This document shows positions 29,178 to 37,525 of a DNA stretch of 53,579 nucleotides, piece after piece. A program made the translations under genes and the position numbers. The stretch comes from a virus (Duplodnaviria; Caudoviricetes). Each line of letters begins with the position of its first letter. Within the stretch, counting starts at the first letter, position 1. Location: positions 1-53,579 of the IMG/VR virus record IMGVR_UViG_3300032086_004496, one strand, 5' to 3'. The notes under the pieces are model-generated. The model was given only the letters and a program-made list of their open reading frames with translations, had not been told where the DNA came from and made no database searches.

Positions 29178-29186
29178 TAAGTAGTT
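29178..29186 (-). promoter_or_regulatory. Late-like promoter motif AACTACTTA (representative copy)
   Basis: Motif (A)ACTAnwTA recurs upstream of about 11 AT-rich genes; here 7 nt before the yeaH ATG. Confidence 0.55.
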
Positions 29187-29198
29187 TCTACGAGCTAC

Positions 29199-29498
29199 TT
29201 ACGCTAACGTAAGTTCGCTAAGATCAACTTCAGCGGGTGTGTCTGTTCCATCAACATCCACAACAGCGTAGCCTGGCTCAGTAGAAAATCTGTCCATCTC
29301 TACTTTCATAATAACACCAGACATTGGCATTCTTTCATAGTCTACTTTTTGTCTTCCACTTGGAGTCGTCTTGACGATTTTCTTCAGTTCGCTCCATTCA
29401 ACTCTTTTACCAGGTTTGAAATCCTGCTCCATGCGGTATTCCTTAAGGATCTCTTCCTTGATAATCTTTCGTAGCAGTTGTTTTGTAATTTTAGTCAT
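29199..29498 (-). CDS. Hypothetical protein with KITKxxLRxIIKEE leader
   Basis: MTKITKQLLRKIIKEEI; SH3-like body. Confidence 0.75.
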   Translation of the reverse strand: MTKITKQLLRKIIKEEILKEYRMEQDFKPGKRVEWSELKKIVKTTPSGRQKVDYERMPMSGVIMKVEMDRFSTEPGYAVVDVDGTDTPAEVDLSELTLA

Positions 29499-29929
29499 CT
29501 ATTTACTGCTCCCTTACCACCTGGTCTTCCCAAACCTCCATAGTTGTATTTAAAGGGCTTCGTGGCTTTAGCCTTCGACACCTTCCTTTCTATACCCCGT
29601 GTTTTATCCATTTCATCATGAGTTGGACGGCGGAGCTTCCCATCGGCACCCAACAAAGGTTCGCCGAGTCGGGTCTCCCACCGTTTCAGTTTTGTATTAT
29701 AATCAACTTGCTCAGGGTACCCATGGCGATAGCCAACATTTTTTTCGTTAGGCTCTGCCCCAGGAGGCAATTTATATAAGTTGCTTTTCTCTGGGTCATT
29801 GATGTAGGATAAACTTGACAGAGAGCCATCGCCCTTTAGTTCTGGTCTAGCAGATGCAAATCTTTCAGAGACAAAATTTTGGACCTCTTCTTTGATGATC
29901 TGTCGTAGTTGTGTTTTTGTGATTTTCAT
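29495..29929 (-). CDS. Hypothetical protein with KITKxxLRxIIKEE leader
   Basis: MKITKTQLRQIIKEEV. Confidence 0.75.
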   Translation of the reverse strand: MKITKTQLRQIIKEEVQNFVSERFASARPELKGDGSLSSLSYINDPEKSNLYKLPPGAEPNEKNVGYRHGYPEQVDYNTKLKRWETRLGEPLLGADGKLRRPTHDEMDKTRGIERKVSKAKATKPFKYNYGGLGRPGGKGAVNR

Positions 29930-31033
29930 TTATTGATCCCCGTGGTTTTGCTTGTAAACCTGATTTAAATAGGCTTCAAAATCTGCTAGTGTCTTTTTCT
30001 TTGTACTCCGCATAAGTGAGGCGAGCAACTCCAGAGTGTCACGAGCCCCAGGGTTAGAACTGATAGTATGAAGGTCGCTATCAATACCCCTATGATAACG
30101 ACCAGCAGGAGTAGGTATTCCCTGAGTTATGTTTCTGAAGACTTCCGCAGCATATCTTCTGCGCTCATCCTCATCTCTGTATTTTATTTTGCCCTTTACA
30201 TTTGCTCCCTCAAAACTCTTCTTGCCAGCAAGAATATCCTGAGCGGCTTGGACATAAAGGAACACTTCGTCCTCGCCAATCTCACCTCTTGGTCCTTGAT
30301 CCGCTGACTTGTACATACTTCTGTCAATCGGTTCACCAACCTCTTTGCCAACTTTTTGCAGGAGTTCTTTGAAATCAGATAGACTAGTCAGTGCTTTCTT
30401 TTTGCCGACCTCAACAAGAGGCCAAGTTTCTTTACTGGTGTGAATGTAGTAAGGAATGTTTCTTTGTTCTGCTACCGCTACTGCTTCTTCCAAGGCAGTC
30501 ATTTCACCTGCTCTTATTTCACCAGAGGTTACTCTTTTCGTTGGCTTGTCGTCAAACATTCCCTTCCTAATCTCAAACACTGGAATAGCAAAATGTATTT
30601 CGTCAATGTATCGGTCAGCATCTTCAATATAAGGTTCGTCTAGAAGCAGTCTATCTTCTGCCTCAAAACCTTCGGACGCTCCTGGGTCACTCGGAACGTT
30701 GGCTGCTCTTTTTGATGACCGCTTTGACGTTGCCCAATAATCCAGGGGAACTGCCTTATATTTTTGACCCAAAGCACGACCATCTAATTTGAAGATGACG
30801 CCTTGCGGGTAAGTACCCGTAAAAGAATTTGATGGTGTTCTTGCGGTAGAAAAATAATAAAGTTTACCCTTACCAAGTTCTGACTCAACTTCTTTAGAAA
30901 AGCCACCTGACGCTAGGAACCTATTATCTTCAAGAATCTTGGCACCTTTTTCCATGCCACCTGTGTAGTGATACACGACATCGGTGATGCCTTCCTTCAG
31001 AAACTTACGCCATTGCTCAAATAAAAGTTTCAT
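29930..31033 (-). CDS. Putative ADP-ribosyltransferase-fold protein with WRKFLKE leader
   Basis: VYHYT, FSTAR, EAEDR spaced like ART catalytic strands. Confidence 0.5.
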   Translation of the reverse strand: MKLLFEQWRKFLKEGITDVVYHYTGGMEKGAKILEDNRFLASGGFSKEVESELGKGKLYYFSTARTPSNSFTGTYPQGVIFKLDGRALGQKYKAVPLDYWATSKRSSKRAANVPSDPGASEGFEAEDRLLLDEPYIEDADRYIDEIHFAIPVFEIRKGMFDDKPTKRVTSGEIRAGEMTALEEAVAVAEQRNIPYYIHTSKETWPLVEVGKKKALTSLSDFKELLQKVGKEVGEPIDRSMYKSADQGPRGEIGEDEVFLYVQAAQDILAGKKSFEGANVKGKIKYRDEDERRRYAAEVFRNITQGIPTPAGRYHRGIDSDLHTISSNPGARDTLELLASLMRSTKKKTLADFEAYLNQVYKQNHGDQ

Positions 31034-31045
31034 ATCTTATTTAGT

Positions 31046-31870
31046 TCACCTGTCGGATATATCTAATATTTCTATAGGGGTTACAATAAATTCATTCCAT
31101 AGTGACGTTCTTAGTTCTCCATTGCAATCATTTTCTAGGTCGGTGCATAGATTATCTTTGTCATCTCCTGGATAACCTAGTCTGTGTAGGTTTACACATT
31201 TTCTGTTATTACTAACAGAATAAGATTTTACATCACTACGAAACCCTGCTCGCACATTACCTCTAAATTCCATTATCTTATTTGACTTCGATCGAAAGAA
31301 TGGACGCTCAGCAACTGTGTAGGCAGATATATCAAAAGGATCACCAGAGTCTATAGCTCTCTGTATGCGATCAATTCCCTCTTGGTGGGTGTAGTGGTAT
31401 AAAATCTTTGGATTATCAACAGAGCCATAAACCTGCATTGTAAATGCATCATCAATTAAAACATATGGCTCAAGATCACCACGAGAATAAAAGTAAGCAA
31501 AACGCAGTTCGGACATGTCTTCAAAGAATTGTCCAAACTGCTTTTCTAAAGACCAGTATCGATGATTAGCAAAATCCTCAATGTGGTCAAGAACATTTTT
31601 ACTTGTAAGTAGATCATATCGTTCTACATCGACAGACAATTGAAAACCATAGAACTCTTCTACAAGATCTACCAACTCTTGTGGTCCTATTAGTTTTCCG
31701 TGGCTGTGGCTAACGTAGTGTCCGTTTTTTTGGAAAGCCAAAATCTTGTTCACGAACTCTTCCCATTCGGACAGAGTATGAAACGCATTTTCTGGTTTTA
31801 TGTATCCATGTACATATATCTTTTTTATCTCTTCACTTAGGAAGTTCTTCCATCGTCTAATGTACGACAT
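31046..31870 (-). CDS. Hypothetical protein with WKNFLSEE leader and ART-like C-terminal motifs
   Basis: LYHYT...ISAYT...WNEFIV. Confidence 0.45.
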   Translation of the reverse strand: MSYIRRWKNFLSEEIKKIYVHGYIKPENAFHTLSEWEEFVNKILAFQKNGHYVSHSHGKLIGPQELVDLVEEFYGFQLSVDVERYDLLTSKNVLDHIEDFANHRYWSLEKQFGQFFEDMSELRFAYFYSRGDLEPYVLIDDAFTMQVYGSVDNPKILYHYTHQEGIDRIQRAIDSGDPFDISAYTVAERPFFRSKSNKIMEFRGNVRAGFRSDVKSYSVSNNRKCVNLHRLGYPGDDKDNLCTDLENDCNGELRTSLWNEFIVTPIEILDISDR

Positions 31871-31872
31871 AC

Positions 31873-32076
31873 TCAGTCAGTCCCTGGTGGTGCAGACTTT
31901 CCAGGCTTAGAAGCCTTGTTAGAAAAAGGCGGCGTGTTTTTATTTCCGCCAGAGCTTACCTTCTTAATCATAGAGGTAAACGTTCCTCGTGCATATTTTT
32001 GAAACTGCCCTTCGGCAGCAGCCTCTATGATGACATCACGAATTATTTGTCGCAGATGTTCCATTTTGATTTTCAT
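31873..32076 (-). CDS. Small protein with LRQIIRDVIIE leader
   Basis: MKIKMEHLRQIIRDVIIE. Confidence 0.65.
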   Translation of the reverse strand: MKIKMEHLRQIIRDVIIEAAAEGQFQKYARGTFTSMIKKVSSGGNKNTPPFSNKASKPGKSAPPGTD

Positions 32077-32188
32077 CTTGTGGCATTTCCTTAATACGCT
32101 TCATGAGTTCTTTCGTAAATTTTTTTGCCCGATTGTATTCTACAAGTTCTTCTTTGATCTTTTTCCAGATATTAGATTTTGTAATCAC
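32036..32188 (-). CDS. Small hypothetical protein (50 aa, MITKSNIWKKIKEEL...)
   Basis: Manual translation; GTG start with GGAGG RBS downstream of an AACTAGTTA motif. Confidence 0.55.
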   Translation of the reverse strand: MITKSNIWKKIKEELVEYNRAKKFTKELMKRIKEMPQDENQNGTSATNNS

Positions 32189-32225
32189 CAGACAACCTCC
32201 GAGGATACACTAACTAGTTTTGTTT

Positions 32226-32627
32226 TTATTGTCCCGACTCAAACAGTGCTTTTATTGGATGAGTTGCAAGAATTTTTTCTGCTCTTGTATAGTAGCCGAT
32301 ACTTTCGACCACATACTGCCCCGCACTTAGACGGGGAGAAAAATAAACTTTTACCTCGTAGGATGTTTTATCCGACAAACGGGTCATCGGCAAGATCTGC
32401 AAAGTTTGCAGACCGCCAGCCCGCTCTCTAAGTGTATCGTAATCTAAGCCAAGAGCGGTGAAATGATTGAGCCCGCTCGTCGCCGAAATTTTTGCTTGAT
32501 TCATTCGGCGAACATTGCTTGCGATTTGCATTTCCATGTTGGCGGAGTTAAATAATAAGATTGCACTAGCACCAATAAGAGCAGCCATGACCAAAGTCAA
32601 TACAAGTGTCATACCCTTACGGCTCAA
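32226..32627 (-). CDS. PilX-like type IV minor pilin
   Basis: RKG|MTLVLTLVM prepilin-like site, hydrophobic helix, EMQIASN..QA..A.SG PilX N-terminal pattern, YVVESIG. Confidence 0.75.
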   Translation of the reverse strand: MSRKGMTLVLTLVMAALIGASAILLFNSANMEMQIASNVRRMNQAKISATSGLNHFTALGLDYDTLRERAGGLQTLQILPMTRLSDKTSYEVKVYFSPRLSAGQYVVESIGYYTRAEKILATHPIKALFESGQ

Positions 32628-32967
32628 CGTTCATCATCCTATCTCTTTGAGGTGGAGCATTGGGAGATTGTGCCCGCCTAAAATTTTCTCTCAACAGCAG
32701 ATTGTCCTCAACCCATGCAGCCGTGCGAGCCTTACAGAGGTTCCTCGGGATGTTGTTAGCAATACATCCACGCTCTTGTGGCAACACAACCTCACAGTAA
32801 CATCGAACCCGATTCCTCAACTCTAGTTCAGGCGACAACGTAACCCCTGCGGGCAGAATTTGATTGGTTTCAGGCACCCAGCGAGGGCAACGAATCTCTT
32901 GCATTTGGTACGCTTGATTGAACATATTAGCAAACACAAGGAAAAACAATGACTTATACAACATCAT
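32617..32967 (-). CDS. Hypothetical secreted Cys-containing protein
   Basis: N-terminal hydrophobic signal; GGAG RBS. Confidence 0.6.
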   Translation of the reverse strand: MMLYKSLFFLVFANMFNQAYQMQEIRCPRWVPETNQILPAGVTLSPELELRNRVRCYCEVVLPQERGCIANNIPRNLCKARTAAWVEDNLLLRENFRRAQSPNAPPQRDRMMNVEP

Positions 32968-32985
32968 AAAACTCCAAATTTTTTT

Positions 32986-33216
32986 CTAGAAATTTTTTTC
33001 GCCATCAGCCTTTGATAAGAGGAAAAAGCTGTCGTAGCTAAACAAGTGTTTCTCCCCAGTACCGCAGACAATGCCATAAAAAAATGTTGAACTATCCTCA
33101 ACCTTGTCAGCCACCATCACAAGGCTAGCATCAGCAGGCAATGATCTGAAGGCCAGAGAAGCGGGCTTCATCTGGAGAAGATCTCCAACTTCGAAACTAG
33201 CAGGCACGGCTGGCAA
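32986..33216 (-). CDS. Small SH3/KOW-like hypothetical protein
   Basis: FEVGDLL; GGAGG RBS. Confidence 0.6.
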   Translation of the reverse strand: MPAVPASFEVGDLLQMKPASLAFRSLPADASLVMVADKVEDSSTFFYGIVCGTGEKHLFSYDSFFLLSKADGEKNF

Positions 33217-33379
33217 CCTCCTCCAGCATAGTATACAACTTATCGAGCTTCTTGTTTACCTCTTGTGCATATGCTGAATTCCCTTCTCTGCTAGCGTACT
33301 CTAGGTCTACAGAAAGGTCGAGGATTTGTTCCCGCAGTTTCTTTACCGATGGTTTCATGCTAATTGTCTTGTACGTCAT
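33197..33379 (-). CDS. Small helical hypothetical protein
   Basis: Overlapping-gene chain. Confidence 0.55.
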   Translation of the reverse strand: MTYKTISMKPSVKKLREQILDLSVDLEYASREGNSAYAQEVNKKLDKLYTMLEEVASRAC

Positions 33380-33560
33380 TTACAGCACCCTTTCGTTTGA
33401 TGCAGATTGGTTTGATTAGGGATTCGAACACCCAGTAGCCTTTTCCCATAAACAATACTTTATGCTTACCATTATTTCCTAGTTCTGCTAGCAGCCCTAT
33501 GCCGCCAATCTGTCCACCTACTCTACCGTAGGCGAACTCTACTAGGTCTCCAACTTTCAT
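33360..33560 (-). CDS. Small SH3/KOW-like hypothetical protein
   Basis: MKVGDLVEF. Confidence 0.65.
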   Translation of the reverse strand: MKVGDLVEFAYGRVGGQIGGIGLLAELGNNGKHKVLFMGKGYWVFESLIKPICIKRKGAVNDVQDN

Positions 33561-33582
33561 TTATTTTTCTTTCTACGATTGG

Positions 33583-33831
33583 CTAGTGAATCGTTTTCAA
33601 GTCTTCGTCTGCAATTGACATCATCGTTTCAATAGCGATGGCAGCCAAGCTTAGGCGCTCGTGGTCAAGTACGGGCACATCTCTTGCTAGCAGGGCAGCG
33701 TAGAAGGTGTTGGCAGTGAGTCCTGGATAGTTGCCTAGACTTTCCAAGATTTTGGATGCCTCTAGCAGCGAAGCATTCTCTTGATCAAGAATTGCGATAT
33801 CTGTCTTTAGTTCAAACATTGTCTTACTCAT
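33583..33831 (-). CDS. Hypothetical protein
   Basis: Likely start MSKTMFE at 33831 (AAAGG RBS), avoiding overlap with 33839..34021. Confidence 0.6.
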   Translation of the reverse strand: MSKTMFELKTDIAILDQENASLLEASKILESLGNYPGLTANTFYAALLARDVPVLDHERLSLAAIAIETMMSIADEDLKTIH

Positions 33832-33838
33832 ACCTTTC

Positions 33839-34021
33839 TTATTTAATTCTTCCCTCAACGAGAAGTCGATTTGCAAATCTTCCATAGTGACCTTGGAGAT
33901 CCCAAACCAATCCGATGTCATAGAGTTCCTGAAAAAGCTCAATAGTTTCTTTTTCGTCCAATTCTTCACGTTCGTACTCTGTTATCTTGAGTAGTAACTT
34001 TGCAAAATCTTTTGTTTTCAT
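33839..34021 (-). CDS. Small phage hypothetical protein
   Basis: ELFQEL...GLVW.LQGHYGR motif of a type I recall from phages; ATGA-coupled. Confidence 0.7.
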   Translation of the reverse strand: MKTKDFAKLLLKITEYEREELDEKETIELFQELYDIGLVWDLQGHYGRFANRLLVEGRIK

Positions 34022-34233
34022 TTCTTCCTTCCGTAGTCAACTCTGAAAAGATCATGTTGCCAATACCACTTTCCTGTCTCTTCTAGTCCAAACCGAACTT
34101 GGTACTGATTGACTGAAAGAGGGTCGTCAGTTCCGTGTTCTCTAATAACTAGTCCAATCACTGATTCATCAGGCTGGTTATTTCTTATTCCTCCATGGTA
34201 TTTTCTGAAAACAATATCTCCGACTTTTATCAT
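34018..34233 (-). CDS. Small SH3/KOW-like hypothetical protein
   Basis: Start MIKVGDIVF at 34233. Confidence 0.65.
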   Translation of the reverse strand: MIKVGDIVFRKYHGGIRNNQPDESVIGLVIREHGTDDPLSVNQYQVRFGLEETGKWYWQHDLFRVDYGRKK

Positions 34234-34291
34234 AGTAACCCTTAAATCTGGAAAAATTACCCATCCGTTGTGAACGTACTTAGCACATAGT

Positions 34292-34347
34292 ATGCCACTA
34301 CCCCGCCCCCTGGGACATACATTAGGGGGGCAGGCAGGGGCTGGCAT
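34292..34347. other. GC-rich imperfect palindrome/hairpin
   Basis: ATGCCA/TGGCAT and CCCCGCCCCC/GGGGGGCAGGCAG arms in an otherwise AT-rich intergenic region. Confidence 0.7.
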
Positions 34348-34352
34348 CCCCT

Positions 34353-34381
34353 AGTATACTCTAACAATTATTAGCTGTCAA
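34353..34381 (-). promoter_or_regulatory. Sigma70-like promoter
   Basis: TTGACA-N17-TATACT immediately upstream of the hairpin. Confidence 0.6.
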
Positions 34382-34454
34382 CAATAAAGCAGTCAATGTT
34401 GGCAGTTGTTACTCTCTCCTATGTTTTATAGTTTATTATTTTGTTCCCGCAAAA

Positions 34455-35684
34455 TCAAGCGTCGATTGCGATCACCTTCTCGTTGGTCTTGAAGTAAGGA
34501 CGGCTGGCACCACGCTGGTCAGTCATCCACATCCGTTGAGCCTTGCAAGCCTTAGGCTTGGGAGCTTCCATATCCGTCAGGATAATGACGCCGTCAAAGT
34601 TATTATCATTGACGTACTTGGTGGGAGCATCAAAGCAGGTTCCCCCGCAGAGAACTCGCTCAGCCTTCTGGCTCTTGCCCTTCTTCCAAATGTAGATCTT
34701 GCTTTCATCAACGCTGGTATCGAAGGGAACCACCGTGAACTCTGCAAGCTTAGCAAGGCTATTCAGTTCGCTGAAGAAAGCTGACAGCATCTCATCACTC
34801 ACGCTACCAGACTGGTCAATAGCAATGGCAATCTTTGCTTGTCGCTGAACCTTCTTGCCTGGGTGAATGTAGGCATACCGCTTGTTGATCCGCTTGACAC
34901 TGGATCGACGGCTAGCACGCTGGCTGGTCTTGATGAAGTACCTGAGCACTTTGCGCCAGTCTACCTTACTCTCTAGCTTACTTAGAATATCTTTCTTTAG
35001 TTCCCCAGAGATCGAGCCCCAGCCCTTAGGAGACTGGCTAGCTTCTTTGGCAGCATCCTTCATTGCATTCTTCAGGCGTTCCTTTGCCATCTGGTTGGCA
35101 GCCTGCTGTTGAGGATCATCACCACCGCCTGCATCGTTGTGACCACTGTGATCATCAAACTGACCAGGCAGGTTCTCACCCTCACCATCACCAGACTCAT
35201 CGCCGTCACCCTCTTTACCAGAAGGTTGCTTTTTCTTTTCCAGCTTGCCCTGCCGCTTGAGTTCTTTCAAGTACCACTCAGCCGTTTGGAACAAGGGCAG
35301 GTCTTCGTAAGGAGTATCCTTCTGACCTGGCATACAGACCCAATCAGGAAGCTCACCTTGGAGGTGGCTGTTGATAGCCAGGTCCTGACAGATGTTCCAG
35401 ACCAAGTGGCTAACACCCTCAGCCTTATTACGGCTGGTAACGTGATCGAAGATCAAGTGGTAGAACTCGTGCTTGAGCACACCACGGATCTGCTCATCAG
35501 GCAGTGTAGCCAGGTTCTCTGGATTGTAGAACATTTCGAACTGAGCAGTGTCAGGGTTGACACCGACAGCAGCCCACTTGATGCTGCGATCCTCACGCTT
35601 CTCTACTCGACGGCTGAGAGCCGCAAAGAACGGCTCGTCCATCAGCAAGCGATAAGCATGGAGTTTCAGGTCAAAGCTCATCAT
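34455..35684 (-). CDS. Putative metallopeptidase plus vWA-like domain protein (DUF2201 type)
   Basis: HEFYH, DLAINS, DDH, IDQSGSV, GGTCF, LTD. Confidence 0.85.
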   Translation of the reverse strand: MMSFDLKLHAYRLLMDEPFFAALSRRVEKREDRSIKWAAVGVNPDTAQFEMFYNPENLATLPDEQIRGVLKHEFYHLIFDHVTSRNKAEGVSHLVWNICQDLAINSHLQGELPDWVCMPGQKDTPYEDLPLFQTAEWYLKELKRQGKLEKKKQPSGKEGDGDESGDGEGENLPGQFDDHSGHNDAGGGDDPQQQAANQMAKERLKNAMKDAAKEASQSPKGWGSISGELKKDILSKLESKVDWRKVLRYFIKTSQRASRRSSVKRINKRYAYIHPGKKVQRQAKIAIAIDQSGSVSDEMLSAFFSELNSLAKLAEFTVVPFDTSVDESKIYIWKKGKSQKAERVLCGGTCFDAPTKYVNDNNFDGVIILTDMEAPKPKACKAQRMWMTDQRGASRPYFKTNEKVIAIDA

Positions 35685-35699
35685 CTCTCCCTCATAAGT

Positions 35700-35727
35700 A
35701 TATTACCATACTCATGGTGGCTGTCAA
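35700..35727 (-). promoter_or_regulatory. Early-type sigma70-like promoter
   Basis: TTGACA-N16-TAATAT then GAGGGAG RBS. Confidence 0.72.
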
Positions 35728-35731
35728 GTTT

Positions 35732-35950
35732 TTAGTCAAACATCGGGTAGTTGTTCCAGAAGGACTGCTCATTCTTAACACGCACTAGGCTTTTCTCATC
35801 AACCTTGAGCAGCATACGCTTCACACCTGGGGAAGGCTTGCCAAGAGCTTTGGCACGTTTCATAGCCTCACGCTTATTATCAGCACGACACTGGTTGTAG
35901 CCTCCACCAACCCAGTTCCACTTGTAAAGATATTTGCCTTGGTACATCAT
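35732..35950 (-). CDS. Small hypothetical protein
   Basis: Own promoter/RBS cassette. Confidence 0.7.
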   Translation of the reverse strand: MMYQGKYLYKWNWVGGGYNQCRADNKREAMKRAKALGKPSPGVKRMLLKVDEKSLVRVKNEQSFWNNYPMFD

Positions 35951-35970
35951 ATCTGTCTCCCTCTATAAGT

Positions 35971-35998
35971 ATACTATCACAGGATACTACTCTGTCAA
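35971..35998 (-). promoter_or_regulatory. Early-type sigma70-like promoter
   Basis: TTGACA-N16-TAGTAT then GAGGGAG RBS. Confidence 0.7.
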
Positions 35999-36016
35999 CT
36001 TTTTATTTGCTCCCTT

Positions 36017-36063
36017 AAAACAAAAAGCCCAGCCCCCAAAGGAAAGGAGACGGGACTGAGCTT
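36017..36063 (-). terminator. Probable terminator after the AAA gene
   Basis: AGCTCAGTCCC...GGGCTGGGCT stem followed by TTTTG TTTT. Confidence 0.55.
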
Positions 36064-36087
36064 CTTGACCTGGGATGTGAGAGAGAG

Positions 36088-37128
36088 TTAGGCTCCCAGG
36101 ATTTTGGAGAGGTGGCTGCCGACAGCCCCTTCGTTAGCGCCGTGGAACCGCACGACGTTTTCTTGGACACCAGACTGGCTGATGACTCCCCAGAGCTTCA
36201 TGGCAGCTTCTGAGGGCAGCATGACGAAGTAGTTAGCCAGGTTGCTCAGGTGCTCATCACTGATCTCAGCCTTGAGAACTTCTTCAGCCTCGACCTTCTC
36301 GATCAGAGCGCAGTGTTCATTCAGGGAGAAGGCAGCCAGAGCTTCTTGACGTTCCCCGTTGAGGAGTTGCTCAACCGTTACTACCCGCTCGTAGTTCTGA
36401 GCGAAGTCATTGAGAGCAACCGCAGCTTCAAAGCCGACGAAGCTCTGAGCAAGGTTGAACATCGGAGCACCAGCCTCCAAAGCTTCAGCTTGCTTGAGAA
36501 CCTTGTCAAGGCGATCCCAGCTACGACGGCTAGGGTAGCGCTTGTTCGGCTCGATATCACCAGCATGTTCGAGGTGGTTGCGATTCTGGTTGATGAAATC
36601 CCAGATGAGACCATCAACATTTTGCTTAGCCCATGAGAGCCAGTCTTCTACCGTAGGCTCGATGTCCCAGACTGACCAGCGGTCAAGCTCAGCAGGATCC
36701 ATCTCATTCACTTGGTACTGCTCACCATGCTCACCGCCGTTGACGGCAGCGAAGATCAGCGTATCTTCATGAAGGTGGTGACCATTCAGCTTGCGGCTGT
36801 CGGTCAACTCAAAGATTCCTTGCCGAACTTCTAGGGTAGCTCGGTCAACCTCATCCAGGAAAAGCACAACAGGCTCTTCACATGCCTGCTTGAACCAGTC
36901 TGGCGGATTGAAGCTGGTACGATTGCCTTCCACACTGGGAAGACCAACAAGGTCACCCTCAGTCATTTGGCTGGCACGACGCTCAACTACGGGCAAGCCC
37001 GCATTGGCAGCCAATTGATAAACAACCTGGCTCTTCCCAATCCCGTGGCGACCACGGAGAAGAACAGGCAAACGAGCAGCACTAACAGCAGGTGCTAAGC
37101 TGACAAAGGTTTTGAAGTCTACCGACAT
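36088..37128 (-). CDS. MoxR-like AAA+ ATPase
   Basis: GRHGIGKS Walker A, GDLVGLP, LFLDEVDRA Walker B, MDPAELDR, PSRRSW. Confidence 0.9.
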   Translation of the reverse strand: MSVDFKTFVSLAPAVSAARLPVLLRGRHGIGKSQVVYQLAANAGLPVVERRASQMTEGDLVGLPSVEGNRTSFNPPDWFKQACEEPVVLFLDEVDRATLEVRQGIFELTDSRKLNGHHLHEDTLIFAAVNGGEHGEQYQVNEMDPAELDRWSVWDIEPTVEDWLSWAKQNVDGLIWDFINQNRNHLEHAGDIEPNKRYPSRRSWDRLDKVLKQAEALEAGAPMFNLAQSFVGFEAAVALNDFAQNYERVVTVEQLLNGERQEALAAFSLNEHCALIEKVEAEEVLKAEISDEHLSNLANYFVMLPSEAAMKLWGVISQSGVQENVVRFHGANEGAVGSHLSKILGA

Positions 37129-37151
37129 TATCTCTCTCCCCTTACATTAGT

Positions 37152-37179
37152 ATATTACCACCTTTCCATAGTCTGTCAA
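37152..37179 (-). promoter_or_regulatory. Early-type sigma70-like promoter
   Basis: TTGACA-N16-TAATAT then GGGGAG RBS. Confidence 0.72.
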
Positions 37180-37301
37180 CTTTTTATGTCGTTTTTTATC
37201 AGTTTTTTCTGCCCTTGACGGCTATCTCTTACTCATGTATTAGGCCTGATAGGGACAATCTCTGACAATAGCACACAAAAGCTGCCACCCGCTAACAGGC
37301 T

Positions 37302-37436
37302 CTAAAACGTTGATAACACTGCATAGTAGGAATTTCTAATTGATAATAGTTCGTCATAACAATCACTTAGAAATCGTGCAACTTTTGCAGTCATTGTGCA
37401 ATATTTGCTGAACAAGAGGCTGAACACTTTATTCAT
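37302..37436 (-). CDS. Small hypothetical protein (MNKVFSLL...)
   Basis: ATGA-coupled to the upstream mini-ORF. Confidence 0.4.
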   Translation of the reverse strand: MNKVFSLLFSKYCTMTAKVARFLSDCYDELLSIRNSYYAVLSTF

Positions 37437-37525
37437 AGGAAAGCCAACCCGTAGGCAAGAGCAACCAGAGAGGCAGCAATGCTCACAAGAGCTACCCACT
37501 CTACTACACTATCCCAATCAATCAT
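37433..37525 (-). CDS. 30-aa single-TM peptide
   Basis: MIDWDSVVEWVALVSIAASLVALAYGLAFL; AGGAG RBS; ATGA overlaps at both ends. Confidence 0.5.
   Translation of the reverse strand: MIDWDSVVEWVALVSIAASLVALAYGLAFL

Noticed and set aside
34234-34347. Coding extension MPAPACPP... of the 34018 ORF
   Set aside because: Coincides with the GC hairpin; the MIKVGD start fits the paralogous family better
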